Of a stretch of DNA of 64,000 nt, positions 47,868 to 60,040 are shown piece by piece. Location of the stretch: NCBI GenBank assembly GCA_977018835.1, contig OZ361258.1, forward strand, positions 1,116,001 to 1,180,000, read 5' to 3'. Both the position numbers and the translations under genes were made by a program. The stretch's first letter is position 1; each line of letters begins with the position of its first letter. Source of the stretch: Minutocellus sp. GHC0000111 (lineage: Eukaryota). The notes beneath the pieces were generated by a model. That model made no database searches and was not told the DNA's origin. It saw only the letters and a list, made by a program, of their open reading frames with translations.

Positions 47868-48010
47868 AGCACCTAGGCCTAGCTACGTAGCCTAGGTACG
47901 GTAGCTAGGCCTACCTAGGTACGTAGGCCTACGTACCTATGTAGGCCTAGCTAGACCGCCCCCCGGCCCCCCCGCCCCCAGACCGCCCCCCGGCCCCCCC
48001 GCCCCCGGGG
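47868..48010. repeat. Low-complexity palindromic (CCTAGG/TACGTA/AGGCCT) tract followed by a 27-bp C-rich tandem repeat
   Basis: AGACCGCCCCCCGGCCCCCCCGCCCCC at 47953 and 47980. Confidence 0.8.
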
Positions 48011-48454
48011 CCCCGGCTGGCCCGCTGGCCAACCGCGAAAGGAGTTTTTCGAGTGACGTGTACACGTACGAGAAACGATGCTACTACAAGTTAGCTACGT
48101 AAGTAAATGTAGGTACGTGTACGTCAGTTTTTCGAAAGATTAAACTCCTCAAAAGACACTTTTCACTACAATGATACCATGCCACGTAACTTTCTGGTTA
48201 CTAGGCCTACGTAGTATTACTGGGGTATTCTTTTCTTTCGAGACACATAGATCAGTCGCGTCATCAGGTCTGCAGGTCAGCACAAGTCGGCCCTTGGTCA
48301 GCACGCACACTTTGACTTTCCAAAGTGGTTTCCAAAAGTGGCGTCGGCTAGGCTCCGAAACCAAACAAAACGAGCAATGGCCCACAGTCGGAACAGAATA
48401 CATGTATGTAGGCTTGGATTGCAATATTGCGCAGTAGAGGCAAGCGATACTATC

Positions 48455-50449
48455 ATGAGCAACGACAACAACCACGATCCCAAACCGGGCGGAGAATCCA
48501 GGGAGGATGCCGCGTCGGTAGCCGGCGGCGGCAGCACGACCACCGGCGGAAGTTCCGCTTCGGCTTGTGCTTCGGCCGTGACGGTGTCGGCGGGAGCGGC
48601 AATGGAGACAGCGACTGTCCCCAGCTATCTGGAGGAGGAAGGGCAGGTGAATGCGAATGAGGACAGCCCAACGGCTTCGATGGGTGGCGAGGGTGTGTCT
48701 TCGTCGTCCGACGAGTCGGCGCGTAACAGAGACGACGAAACTCGTACGAAGCAGGAGGCTCGTGCACAACAAGGCTCGGAAGGAGGCACATGCAATGCAG
48801 CATCGTCGGCCCTACCGAGCAAGAATCCGCCACCAGACACAACCAGCACTGCAACAAACATTCCGGTTCTGGTCCGTCACGAGACCACGTCGACGACGGA
48901 TGCCATTGTTTCCACGACGACCGGCAGCGGGGGCTCATCTACCGGGCCTGCAGCTGCTGCTTCGGCTGCAGCTGCTTCAGGTGCTGCCTCCTCGTCGTCC
49001 TCGTCTCGTCCCCAGCCGCCAGAGTCGGGCTTTGCCATCCTCAGCCAGCGCGGTCTGGATACGTCGGCCATATCGAACATCCCCGGTGCCTTCCATGTGA
49101 TGCCGCTCCGGGCAGCAGCAGCAAGTTCGGCCTCCGCTGATAGAGATGGGCCACAGCAACCTTCGTCGGTGGGAGCAAGCGACGGGGGCAGATCAAATCA
49201 TGCTAGAGGTACGGGAAGGACGCTGCGACGACACGGCTCAGCCCGTCTAACAGAACATCCCTCGACATCGAATGTGTCCGGCAGCGGCGTGTCGGAAATC
49301 ACCCACGACGATACTGCCATGTCCAGCAGAGGCATCGGCAGCGAACGACAGGACAGTCGAAGGGGCAGTAATGGCGGGAACACCATCAACACAGCCAACA
49401 TCGATGTTGAGGTGGTGGAGGCTCGGCTCGTCGAGGAGGGTAGGAATGACACCGGTGAGCAGACAGGTAGCGACGGAAGCGAAGGAGACGCCACGGCGAA
49501 CGATGCCTCGCTGGTCATCCACGCCGTCAGAGAGTCCAAATACATCCGACGCTTCCATCTGTGCGGCAGGGAACGCTCTATCAATCTTCTGTCGACGGCG
49601 GCTCTCTTCGTCCTGTTCCTCGGCATGATCGTTGCTGTATCGGTGGCATCGTCCAGAAGATCCCAACCCGGCCCAGCCCCAAAGATACTCACGCGTGAAC
49701 GGGCCCTGGAGATCGTCAAGAACATATCCGATCCCGCTCTCCTCGACGACCCGACTTCGTCGCAGGGAAGGGCGCTTCACTGGCTTGTTGAGGAGGATGA
49801 ATTCTACGTTTCCCCATCCAACGAGCGGAAGGTCCTCCAGCGCTACGTCCTCGCGACGCTGCACTTTGCCGCCAACGGCGACGGACATCACTACAACGGA
49901 CGGCCCTTTGTTGGCCTTGGAGATGAGTGCGATTGGACTCGCACGCTGTGTGAAACGGCGGAGGAGGCCGAGGCAAATAATCCAGGCCAGAATGATGGCA
50001 AAGACGACGCCGATTCCTTCCGCGCCATCCGCCAGGTAGACCTCTCGTATGCCGGTCTGAATGGCACGATGCCCGAAGAAGTCGGCGAGCTCAAGGAAAT
50101 GGCCTTCCTCTACTACTCTGGTAATTCATTTCATTCCTCCATTCCCACCACCCTCGGCCGACTGTCGAAGTTGAAGCAGCTGGCCATAACGGAGAACCAA
50201 TTTTCCTCTTCTGTACCAACCGAATTGGGGAATCTCCAACAGCTTACTCTACTTGTTTTGGCCAAAAATGAATTCACAGGCACCATCCCTCTCGAGCTTG
50301 CCAATATGCGCCGCTTGTATTGGGTATTTCTGGACAAAAATCACTTCACAGGCTCCCTAGACCACCTTTGCGATCTATACACTTCATATTTGATCTCCGA
50401 CTGCCTCAGTGACAACCTTACGTGCTCCTGCTGCGACTACTGCGGGTAG
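48455..50449 (+). CDS. Type II membrane protein with C-terminal leucine-rich repeats (diatom-type LRR family)
   Basis: Disordered N-terminus with PGAFHV; TM LFVLFLGMIVAVSVA; cap SSQGRALHWL...LQRYVLATLHF...ECDW; plant-like LRRs (NxFxxxIPxxLGxL); terminal CSCC..C. Confidence 0.85.
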   Translation: MSNDNNHDPKPGGESREDAASVAGGGSTTTGGSSASACASAVTVSAGAAMETATVPSYLEEEGQVNANEDSPTASMGGEGVSSSSDESARNRDDETRTKQEARAQQGSEGGTCNAASSALPSKNPPPDTTSTATNIPVLVRHETTSTTDAIVSTTTGSGGSSTGPAAAASAAAASGAASSSSSSRPQPPESGFAILSQRGLDTSAISNIPGAFHVMPLRAAAASSASADRDGPQQPSSVGASDGGRSNHARGTGRTLRRHGSARLTEHPSTSNVSGSGVSEITHDDTAMSSRGIGSERQDSRRGSNGGNTINTANIDVEVVEARLVEEGRNDTGEQTGSDGSEGDATANDASLVIHAVRESKYIRRFHLCGRERSINLLSTAALFVLFLGMIVAVSVASSRRSQPGPAPKILTRERALEIVKNISDPALLDDPTSSQGRALHWLVEEDEFYVSPSNERKVLQRYVLATLHFAANGDGHHYNGRPFVGLGDECDWTRTLCETAEEAEANNPGQNDGKDDADSFRAIRQVDLSYAGLNGTMPEEVGELKEMAFLYYSGNSFHSSIPTTLGRLSKLKQLAITENQFSSSVPTELGNLQQLTLLVLAKNEFTGTIPLELANMRRLYWVFLDKNHFTGSLDHLCDLYTSYLISDCLSDNLTCSCCDYCG

Positions 50450-50749
50450 CTGCCTCGTCAAGGCAATTTTGATATATATGTACGACGTACCGAACTAAAT
50501 ATTTTCGAGGCATGTCCACATCCGACTTAAATATTATTCATCACACCGGCGAAACATCAATGGCAGACAGAACTGCAGAACGAACTTTGAAACAACATAA
50601 CTTCATTTTTGAGATACAGAAGACAGGTGCGAACAAACGCCAATACATGACAATTGACAAATTAATTTTGTAATACCATCTATTTATTTGTAGTTTAAGA
50701 GATCGATAACGGCTTCCTGGCTTATAGTCTAATCTCATTCTACGAGGTA

Positions 50750-53700
50750 TCAACATTCTCCCAAATCTTGCTCAGTCGTATGACGAGATCGGCGAGGTGG
50801 TCTGCTAGTAGATGCACTGCTGCTTGGCCTCGCCCTACTACTCGACCTACTCCGCGAAGCCCGTGCAGCATCTCGCGCTTTAGTTTCCGGCATCCGATCC
50901 GTATTCTTGTCAGCAGATGAAGACTTGGTCACCGTCAGAGACTTTTCTCCGTTGCCAGCGGTCTTGCTCACCTGTCTTGTTGCCCCCCAGCTAAAATCGT
51001 CCATTTTGGCAAACGAATACAAGGGAAGTATGAAGTAGAACAGGGGAACACCGGCAATCATAAAGACCAGGAAGAAGAAGAGCATATCCCATCTCGATCG
51101 GAGTAAAAAGATTACAACTTGGACGCCAAGAATTACTCCGTAGAGGATGAGCATGAGCATCGAAATGTCTTCTCCAGTTACAAAAACGAGGTAGATGAAG
51201 TAAACCGCATAGCACATACTAGCGGGCAAAATCATGGTAGCGATGAGATCGAGGATGACGATGGTCTTCATTGAAAGGCAGCATATTCCGCACATGGTCT
51301 TAACCTTGAGCAGCTCCAGCATATTGTGAAAGGTAGAGTTAATCCAACGGCGTCGTTGACTGAGCAAGATTGAGTAAGTATGAGGCACGATGGTCCAACA
51401 AGCCGCCTCTGGAACAAAGGATAGACGCATGTCCGGAAAGTTTTTTAGAAGCAGCGTAGTGAGCATGCGATCCTCGCCGAGGAAGTAGAGATTCTTTTCA
51501 TGAAGACTCTCAATGTCATTCCGGGCATACTCTGAGTAGACTTGGTCTTGGGCAATCATGCACCTTCCATCGGCGCTGAAGACTCGGCACATGGTAAAAC
51601 AGCCCGGAAGACATGTGACACATCCAAATACTGACTCGAATGCCTTCTTCATGTGGTGATTTGTATAATATTCGAACACTGCGAAAAGAAGAAGGGATTT
51701 TGATGTTAGAAATAGGAGGGTATCGCATAAGAGTGTCTACAGTTTCGCAGATCTTGGTATCGGCGATGCACATACAAATGTGACCTCCAGGTTCTTAGAT
51801 TGGTGAAATTTATCCGAGGATCACTGCTCTACCACACAGCAAACACTCACCTTGAAGCATAGTGATCAGGCTCTGATTCTTATTGTCAACTCGCGTCACT
51901 CCGCACAACGCCAGCACCTTCTCGTCCTTGTTCATATTCCACACCATGTGGTTGATGGAGTCCTCATGCACACGAGTATCGGCGTCGATGGTCATTAAAT
52001 ACTCGATATCATAAGCTGGGACCTGCAGCGAGTTCAAAGCACTGTTGATGGCTTTATCGAGCTCACAGAGCTCTCGCTCGTGGTGGATTCGATTGAATAG
52101 ACCGGTGATAATGAGCTGAGAATCTCGCTTGCCTCTATTCCCGGCTCTTCCACTTCCGCGTTCGCTCTCAATACCACGCTTGACGATGACGATGTATTTG
52201 AGGGACTTGCCACCTTTTTCGTACGTCCCAGAGTAAACATTCGCTCGGTTATTGGTGACAGTTCCGATGCTCTTGTAAGCGTAGGAAGAGTCCTCCTTGT
52301 CGTCGATATCGAAACCTAAAATTGTGGAAAGAGTCATTGGGGTCGACATGCTCTCTCCTTTGCCAGTGATGGTACCATCGGCAATCACGACCATCACCTT
52401 GTTGTCACTTGGATACTGGGTCTCGACAACGCTGTTGATGGTCTTGCGCAATTCTTTGTCACCTTCGTTGTAGCTTTTATAGGCAATAAATCGATTGAAA
52501 GAAGACAAAAGTTGGTAAGTCGAAGAGTAGCATTCGCGGCAACACGAGAAGAGCAAAACAGAATTAGTCCAAACACTTACCAAGGTACCATGATCATCAC
52601 TGGCGATTCTCCATCCTTTGCTGTGAAGCTTCGGTGAGGCCGAGCAAGGTAGAGTAGCGAGCAGATGCACTGCAAGACAAGTAGAGCTGCGACGAAGACG
52701 AGCATAACATACATAGCCATGTTGAGTGTCTGACAGGCTGCATTGCTACGCGTATCGACGACGCCGACGTAGAAGAGCTGGTCCATGCAGTCGAGGTAGT
52801 CGTCATTCTTATACAGCTTGGAATAGATCTCACTGGCATCCTCGTTGAGCTTGTTGACAATCATCGAATGCAGCGAGGGTGATAAGTAGGCATTGTCACT
52901 TTCGGTCGGATCCTTGATGACCTTGCCAGAATTCTCATCTCGCAGACCATCGACGTAGTTCGTTACATTGTAGACACGATCTTGAATGACAATCCAATCC
53001 CAATCGTTGCTGTCGTTCTGGAGTGTCGATCCACTAAAGGAAAGTTGGCCGACCTTGTAATCTTCGAACCACTTATCGACTCCTCTTCTAGCCTTGGACA
53101 CATCCTTGTGACACGGCAAACCAAGCAATTCATCGAGTTCCGTCATATCTACGCACTGATACTGACTGAAATTCTCCAAATCCTTGTCCGTATTGAGACA
53201 TTTGTTGGGAAGGTCGGCTGGAGGCGTTCGTGGGAAGATCTTGCTGCTATCCTTTCCCAGCCACTCGACAATACCATCGGAACCGCCGGGATGGATCTTC
53301 ATGTAGTCCTTTCATATCGTAAATGGTGCCATGGATCACCGTCCACGCTTCACGGTCCTTGGCCCAGATGTCTTGAAAAGTGTACGTGTCGGTCTCAGTG
53401 CAGAAGAAGAGGGGTATAAACCCAAAAAGACCAACAAAGAATGCGGATACCCAAAATACCACAATGCAAAGGGCAATTTTCTCCCTCCATGCCTGCTTAG
53501 CGGCCGGTCCGGACTTGCAAATGAGAAAGTTGGGAACGAAGAAGGCATGCAAAGGCAAAGGAGGCCCAGCATCGAGATCCGCACGACGTGCCCTTGTCCT
53601 AACTTGGTCCTTGCCATTGCTACCACCTCGTCGACTGCTTCTCTTCTTGTTCCAGCTACGGCTCTTCTTGAGTACCGGTGGGGCCGATCCGGTGACATTC

Positions 53701-54380
53701 CGGGCCGAGGGAAAGACATTGGTCGAGAATGCGTCGATGGAAGGGTCGGTATTGGTCCGTTCGCGGTTGGATGATGCGTTGTTGGGAAAGGACGCCTTGG
53801 GTCCGAGACCACTGTCATACATTTGGATCTTGGGCAGAGCACCGTTGTTGCGACTATCCCCATAATCATGCAGCTGCGTATCGACCGTGTAGGGAGTGGC
53901 GATGGTGTCGACATCATCGTCAATGGCATGACGATGAGAACTGGAAGTCATCATGGGCGGAGGAGGGGGCAAAGGTTGATTCTCGCCAGCAAAACTGGCA
54001 CTGGCGATCGATCCGATGGGGGCTGCACCACGGCCACGTCCACCGCCATCGCTGCTGCTGGTCCGGCTACGACCACGGCTGGCCTTGACCAGCTGCCTTT
54101 GGAGTCGATCGTTCTCCTTTCGTACTCGCTCGAGCTCGGCACTATGTGCCACATTGGCATTGGTCAGAGATTTCACCATCTTGACTTGTTCCTTGACGAC
54201 CTTGAACAGCTTCTGCTTGGTATCGCCCGTCATTCCCGTCATGCCAGTCTCGTCGGAGGTTGATCGAGCATCGGCCTGGATGGGATCTGGACGCGGATAC
54301 GCGTCGAGATGATGGTGGGCATATCCGAAGCTTACTTTGTTGGGATTGTTGTGGAAGGCCGAGGCGTCGTTAGGGTTCAT
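50750..54380 (-). pseudogene. CHS: Chitin synthase (GT2, division with cytochrome-b5-like domains) carrying a 1-bp frameshift
   Basis: KQAWREKIAL, HPGG (cyt-b5), VPCYNEG, GNRGKRDSQ, DADT, VTCLPGCF, LGEDRMLTT, SQRRRWINST, DDFSWG. Introns 52474-52580 and 51679-51850. Extra base at 53310-53312. Start uncertain (54380 or 54482). Confidence 0.85.
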
Positions 54381-55049
54381 CCGACGAAGAGTTGACGGGG
54401 GCGGTCGAGGCCATGGATGGGGTGCGATGTGAGAAGGGACCTGCGGTGGGAGCTGGAGGGTCGCGGTGGGTGCGACCCGCATGGTTGCCGGCACCGCCTC
54501 GACGGCTCTTGCCTTGCTGATTGTAGTGCGATGGTGCTGGCATGGGCTCGTCGTGGAAGTTGTACTCGTGGCGGGGCATGATTTGAGATATGAATTCGGA
54601 TTGCCAGCAATGACCGATGGTGTATCGATTTCTCGGCACGATCTGTTTTCTTTCGTGTTGGACGATCGACGAGGAGTTGCTTCTGTGCCAGACAAGTGGG
54701 AGTCGACTTCGCTGGTCCGGATTGGATATCGTCGATGGGAATGAAACCGAAACGGGAAGGATGAGTCAGCTTTCTCGAGAAGACGGAAGGGAAGTTTTGC
54801 TTGGGCCTGCTGCTGGTTGCCGCCGACGGCAGTTGGAAATGAAGTGCGCCGTGACCCAATACTCTCGTCATCGCCTCCCGCACGATTTGAGCCATTTGCT
54901 GGGGCTGCAGATTTGGCGAAAAAATTCGAATTGTTGTGCCAGTGACGGAAGACGTCCAGACTTTTCGACACTCCTGAACTGAATTTTCTCCTGGAATTAG
55001 CCTCAACTCTCAAATTAGAGGAGTAATTCAGCCATTTGAAGGCGGCAAG

Positions 55050-56201
55050 ATGGTGATTGAGCGCAAGGACGTCGACCCCCCCACCAACAAAGTATCGCTC
55101 TCTGATAGAAACGCGTCTTCCCTCGCTCCTCCGGGATCACATACTCCGACATACGCAATCATGGCCGGCCGAAGACGAACCGCCACTTCAGGCACATACC
55201 GTTCTTTCGCTTTCGTCATCAAGGCCGCCTCCTCCCTCCTCACGTCATTCTCGACCTACCAATGGATTGACCGAACCTTGCTGCCGATAATGCGACGAGA
55301 TGCCGTGCAGATGGTGAGTTTTTATTGTATCCTTAATGGTGACATGGCGTGATTCGTCAGGATGTATCTTGCTAATGCTTCAAGCACATAATTCAAATAT
55401 GCTTCAATTGCCAACTCTCACCAAAATTGATGCTTTCTCCATTGACTTTCGCAAACGCACCAGGCCCACCTCGACCCGACGGTAATTATCGCCGAACCAA
55501 TCCCAATTGATCCCCTCACAACCTACACACGCAATGTCATGATAACGCTTATCATCACATGTTGTGTCGGTTCGACACTTGTTGGGGCGGCCACAAAAGC
55601 ACAACAACATTCCGGCCATCGAGAAAGCATACCTGCATTTTTGCTGCGCTCATTGTGGAATCTTCTGCAGTCGCTCATTGTTTCGGTGCTTGGAATTGCA
55701 TTGTTGGGTTCGATTGTATTCCTGGCGGCAATACTTTGCGGGACGTCGCCTTGGGTAGACACAAGGCACACGATCCTGGCCTCGGCTTACGTCGCAACGC
55801 TGGCATTTGGACCGTCACTGATATTTGACGCAAGGCAATATTTCGGAGGATCATCATCACCGACCGAACAAATCAAGCGATTATTATGCGGGCCGCAGAG
55901 TCATACAAATGTGAAAGTCCCATCACCAGGACTTGGTGCCCTCAACAATCACCGCCAAAGCTTGTGTGACCGAATCGATTCCTGCGCCATGTATGGGACC
56001 TTCGTCGGATTGATACCCATCAGCATCCTGCGCATCCTTGATCACGGCGATCAGGCTCAAAGGTGGCCATTTCCGATGCTGCTGGGTGCTACTATTGGGT
56101 ATTTTGCTGGGTCTCTTGTTGGTATACTGTCTAGCTGTGTAATTCTGCTGCAAGGAAGAGGGACACCGACAAGGAAAGGCTCTCGCCCTAGTAGTGCATC
56201 G
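55050..56201 (+). CDS. PIGF: GPI-anchor biosynthesis protein PIG-F-like
   Basis: Multi-TM; ILCGTSP...HT, G..VG.IP..ILRILDHGDQAQRWPFPMLLG motif. Intron 55314-55463 in frame. No in-frame stop before the next ATG (56202). Confidence 0.7.
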
Positions 56202-57894
56202 ATGTTCAACCTCCTTGCTCTGATCAACCTCCTTTCCATCTGTGCAGGCATCCCATGCATTTCTGCATTTTATACTGGCTTGCCAATGCCGTCGCACAAT
56301 GCACGGCACCGCTCATTAAATCCTCTACCGCTACCCACCCTCTACATGGCACCAGCCGAGTTCACTTCCACAACATCCAAGTACCTCGATGCCATCACTG
56401 AAGTGTGCGATGGCGATATGCCAGCCAAAGAAGAATGCGGTGTCGCAATTTCATCTTATCTGGATGCTTTATCGGTTGGAGTTGCGGAGAGCGATAATGC
56501 GGTTGGAAGTGGAATTGCATCGTACCTGGATCTGGGCCTGGTAAGCACAGCGCCGATGCTGTTACCTCCTATTTGGGCGACGTGTCCTCCGGTACCACAT
56601 CTCCTCCAACTCGAGAGTCCATTGTTTCCTATTTGGATACGCTATCGAAGGTTGGATCAGAAGCCACATCGGATCTATTTATTGACAGAACAAAGGCACG
56701 AAGCTTGTTTGCAGTAGACACGACGAACAACGCCTCACCGCCAAAACAATCTGGACCAGGCTCGTACCTGGACGCTATTTCAGAGGTTTGTGAGCCACAA
56801 AAGGCAATGGAGCCCTGTTTGGAAGCAGTCACAAGCTACTTGGACAATCTCTCGCCAAATGATATCAGTCAAACGTCGCATTCCCTATCAAAGCCCACTA
56901 CATATCTGGGCTCAATGACACAACAGTCCGTACCCACCACCGAAAGCGCCCGAGCTGCCTCACCGTCCATGTTTCGGCAACCCTCAGAGCCCCAGGATCT
57001 TGCTCTTGAAAGTTGGTACAAAAGACATGCCATTGCAACTGGCTACGTCCAAGTTAGAACCACTGAGGAATCAGTCGGTGGCAGAGGTATGTTCTGGTCA
57101 TCGCCAGAAGCAGCAAAAGATGCACAGATTTTGGCTCGCATTCCCAAGCGATGCGTATTGGAAGCTTCATCGGCGAGGGCAAAGTGGCCAGAGGCGATGA
57201 ATTGGGATCACATCAATGACAAAAATCTAGAAATGATGGCAAGCGCAATGTGCGCCTACAGCCAAACTGACCCTGCCAGATTAGATTGGCGAGAGTGGAT
57301 TGACACCTGGCTCGGATTTGGTGGCGTGATGCCGCGTCCACTCAAGTCGTACTCGTCTGAAGAAATTCAATTTCTTGCGACTGCATCAGGAGCAACCTTT
57401 GCCGATGTATCAGTTGCCATCGAACTCAGATACAATGCAATGAAAAATGACGCGTTCAAGCTGGAATTCCCCTTCACCGATGGTGCCAAGGGTTTGACAA
57501 GTGATATCTTTGCCGACATGTACTCGGTTGTCGTCTCTCGATGTGCTGTAATGGGTCCGGCTTGGAACTATGCTTATGGGATAATTCCAATGCACGACAT
57601 GCACAATCACCCTCCACCTTCGGTCGAATCAAGCGTAGAGTTACATGCACTCGGCGATGTCAGACCGCACATCGAAGGGTTAGATGAAGAAGTTGAAAAT
57701 CTTATCCATCTCAGTGGAGTTGCCGACGCATCGCCTCCTCTTGATGACCAGGACATCTAGCCCGACGTGATATCCAGCCTGGAGAAGAATTGTATTTGTC
57801 ATACCGGGATGCTTCCGAAACCCAAGACCTGACCAGCAATGATCGCCTTTGGCTTCTATTTCAATACGGGTTCCCTTTGGTACCAGTAGAATAG
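56202..57894 (+). pseudogene. Plastid-type targeted SET-domain (Rubisco LSMT-like) methyltransferase with N-terminal SYLD repeats; two frameshifts
   Basis: Signal + ISAF presequence; GGRGMF, ARIPKRCVL, VVSR, IIPMHDMHNH. The C-terminal ARRDIQPGEELYLSY...LLFQYGF is in another frame after 57757. A first shift lies near 56532. Confidence 0.7.
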
Positions 57895-57983
57895 ATCTCA
57901 TTCTTAATTTCTAATTGCTACCTTTTGTGCTAATTTTTCATCGATACCTATTGCTCCAATACACGAATAATGTATAAAAGCGC

Positions 57984-58685
57984 TTATGAAAGAGCAAACA
58001 AGACAGAAACGAGCCCAGCTGCAAACATGCCAGATGAAATTATGCCAGCCCCAGAACTATCGAGACTGATAATATTGTCAGACTCAACTCGCGTGGGCGA
58101 TCCAGTAGGATTGCCAGCGTCTACGCTACTTTCCTCTCCACCATCGGCATCGCCATTCTCGGTCGTCACTACTTCGTCATTCGGGACAATGGTCGGAACA
58201 GTATCTAGAGGAGGTAAGGGCTCACTGATAGTGCTTCCACCGTTGACGCTACACATGTAGTTGGATCCCTTGAGCTGTTGTTGGAGTGATGAAAATACTC
58301 TGTCATGTTTTGTTGCCAGGCCAGCTTCACCACAACTGATGCCCACACACTCAGGCACATTAGTGGCTTGCACAGAAATGACGCTATTTTCATCCTGAGA
58401 GCAAGCGATGTTGACGTCGTAGTACAAGACTCTCCCCCCAGCGGTTGAACATGCGTCTAGAAATGCATCCTTGGCGGCGCATTCGTCGTAGTTGAACGAT
58501 ATCGTGCCACTTGTACTGGATGGCTGGCATTCCATCTCGACGCGATTGGCGGCATCTTGGAGGGCTCGCTGGCCGACGAGGGCCAAACTTTCCTGGGCAC
58601 AGCTCTCGGATATGGAGGCCAGAGTTGGCGTGAAAGTAGCCAAGGCTAGAACAGCCGTGATGGAGAGTTGGTAGTAGAAGAGCAT
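57984..58685 (-). CDS. Secreted Cys-rich, probably GPI-anchored surface protein
   Basis: Signal peptide, 8-Cys domain (…PECVGISC…), Ser/Thr/Pro linker, SSG followed by a hydrophobic C-terminal tail. Confidence 0.75.
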   Translation of the reverse strand: MLFYYQLSITAVLALATFTPTLASISESCAQESLALVGQRALQDAANRVEMECQPSSTSGTISFNYDECAAKDAFLDACSTAGGRVLYYDVNIACSQDENSVISVQATNVPECVGISCGEAGLATKHDRVFSSLQQQLKGSNYMCSVNGGSTISEPLPPLDTVPTIVPNDEVVTTENGDADGGEESSVDAGNPTGSPTRVESDNIISLDSSGAGIISSGMFAAGLVSVLFALS

Positions 58686-59149
58686 CGTGATTTATTCCAA
58701 GATTCCAATACGTGTAGGCGAAATGCGAAGGTTTGGGCCAGCAGCAACGCCAATGCCCGATGCGATGCCCAACACGGAGACGATGCTTGATGCCGTTTAG
58801 TATCATCTCACTCCCGGAAGATTGTCGTTGAGTCCTGGAATAAAAAAAATGGGACAGACAGAAGTACTAAAGTGGCACTAGAAACCCAGAAACTTTTGGG
58901 TCATTTCGAATGTTTTAATCAATTCGTGGAACGGAGCGGAGAAGGAGACCAACGACTTGATCGAGTTTCCTGGTCCGGCGCACGGCACCGCGCGCAAGAC
59001 ATGATACGCCGACCCACAATTTGAAGTGAACCCGGCTGCTGCGACTGCGCCTCAACTCATACGTGTCGACGGAGAAGACGACTTGCCAGCTCGGCTCCAG
59101 ATCCTTAGATTTCCAAGCACATAGTTTTCGTCCTCATAATTCGCCCAAA

Positions 59150-60040
59150 ATGAAATCATCCAAGTCCATCGCCACCACTACCTCCATCGCCGTCGCCTTC
59201 TGCGTCATCGCTTCGACCGCAAGTGGCAGCATATATGATGAGCCGTCCTGCAAGCTGGGCCTCAAGCGTTTGAACTCGGGCATGCCCAACAATGATCGAT
59301 CATCTAGTCGTCGACGAAGCCATTTGCGACGGTCCCTGGAAACTCGGCATCAACGAACACCAACAATTCGGTCTCTGGAGAGACGAGATCGGTTTGTACG
59401 ATCTCTTTGCTACCGGTGCTCACAAGGTTCAAGTCGCCGAGTCCGAAGACGGCACTGAATCTTATCTGACCGTTTACGGCATGACCGACGACGACATTGT
59501 GTGGGAAGTTGGCTGCGTTGATCAGTCACCCAATGCGACTGCCAAGCTCATTGTCATGAATGCCACGCACGTGGTTCGCTTCGCCGAAGAAGAGCGCCTC
59601 TGGAGCTACATGGAGGATGGGTCCAACAATCTGGATTCCAGATGAATTGTGATCAACAATAGTAACACTCCTTCGCCAGACGATGCTCCTACGATGAGCC
59701 CCGTAGCCATGCCAACCAAGGAACCGACTGGCTCAGATGAAGCTCCAACGGCCAGCCCCGTATCTACACCGACCGAGGACCTCGTCGATGAATCCTCAAG
59801 GGAAGACGACACCGATTTCTACGACTGTGAGCAAAACAATCCTTGCGGGGTGCAGAAGCACATCGATAACAACCAGTTCTATTTTCCGTCGAGCAATCCC
59901 GCAAAGTACATTCAATGTGGCATGAGTGCCGAAATGTGCTTTGTGAGAGACTGCGGACCGGGCACGCACTGGGATCAAGAGAATCAAATCTGCTGTTGGG
60001 CCGGCATGAACCTCTATTTTTCGTTGCTCTGCTCGGCTGG
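59150..60040 (+). pseudogene. Secreted protein with a C-terminal CBM14 (peritrophin-A) chitin-binding domain, disrupted
   Basis: Signal peptide; 4-bp GATC duplication at about 59294-59301; in-frame TGA at 59643-59645; PT-repeat linker; YFP.....KYIQC......FVRDCGPGTHWDQENQICCW. Confidence 0.75.

Noticed and set aside
56540..56550. GTAAG...AG micro-intron repairing the SET-gene frameshift
   Set aside because: It would be only about 10 nt, far below the 95-210 nt introns seen elsewhere in the window.
59643..59645. In-frame TGA as selenocysteine or readthrough
   Set aside because: The gene has an independent frameshift upstream, the codon lies in a linker, and no SECIS is evident; a nonsense mutation is simpler.
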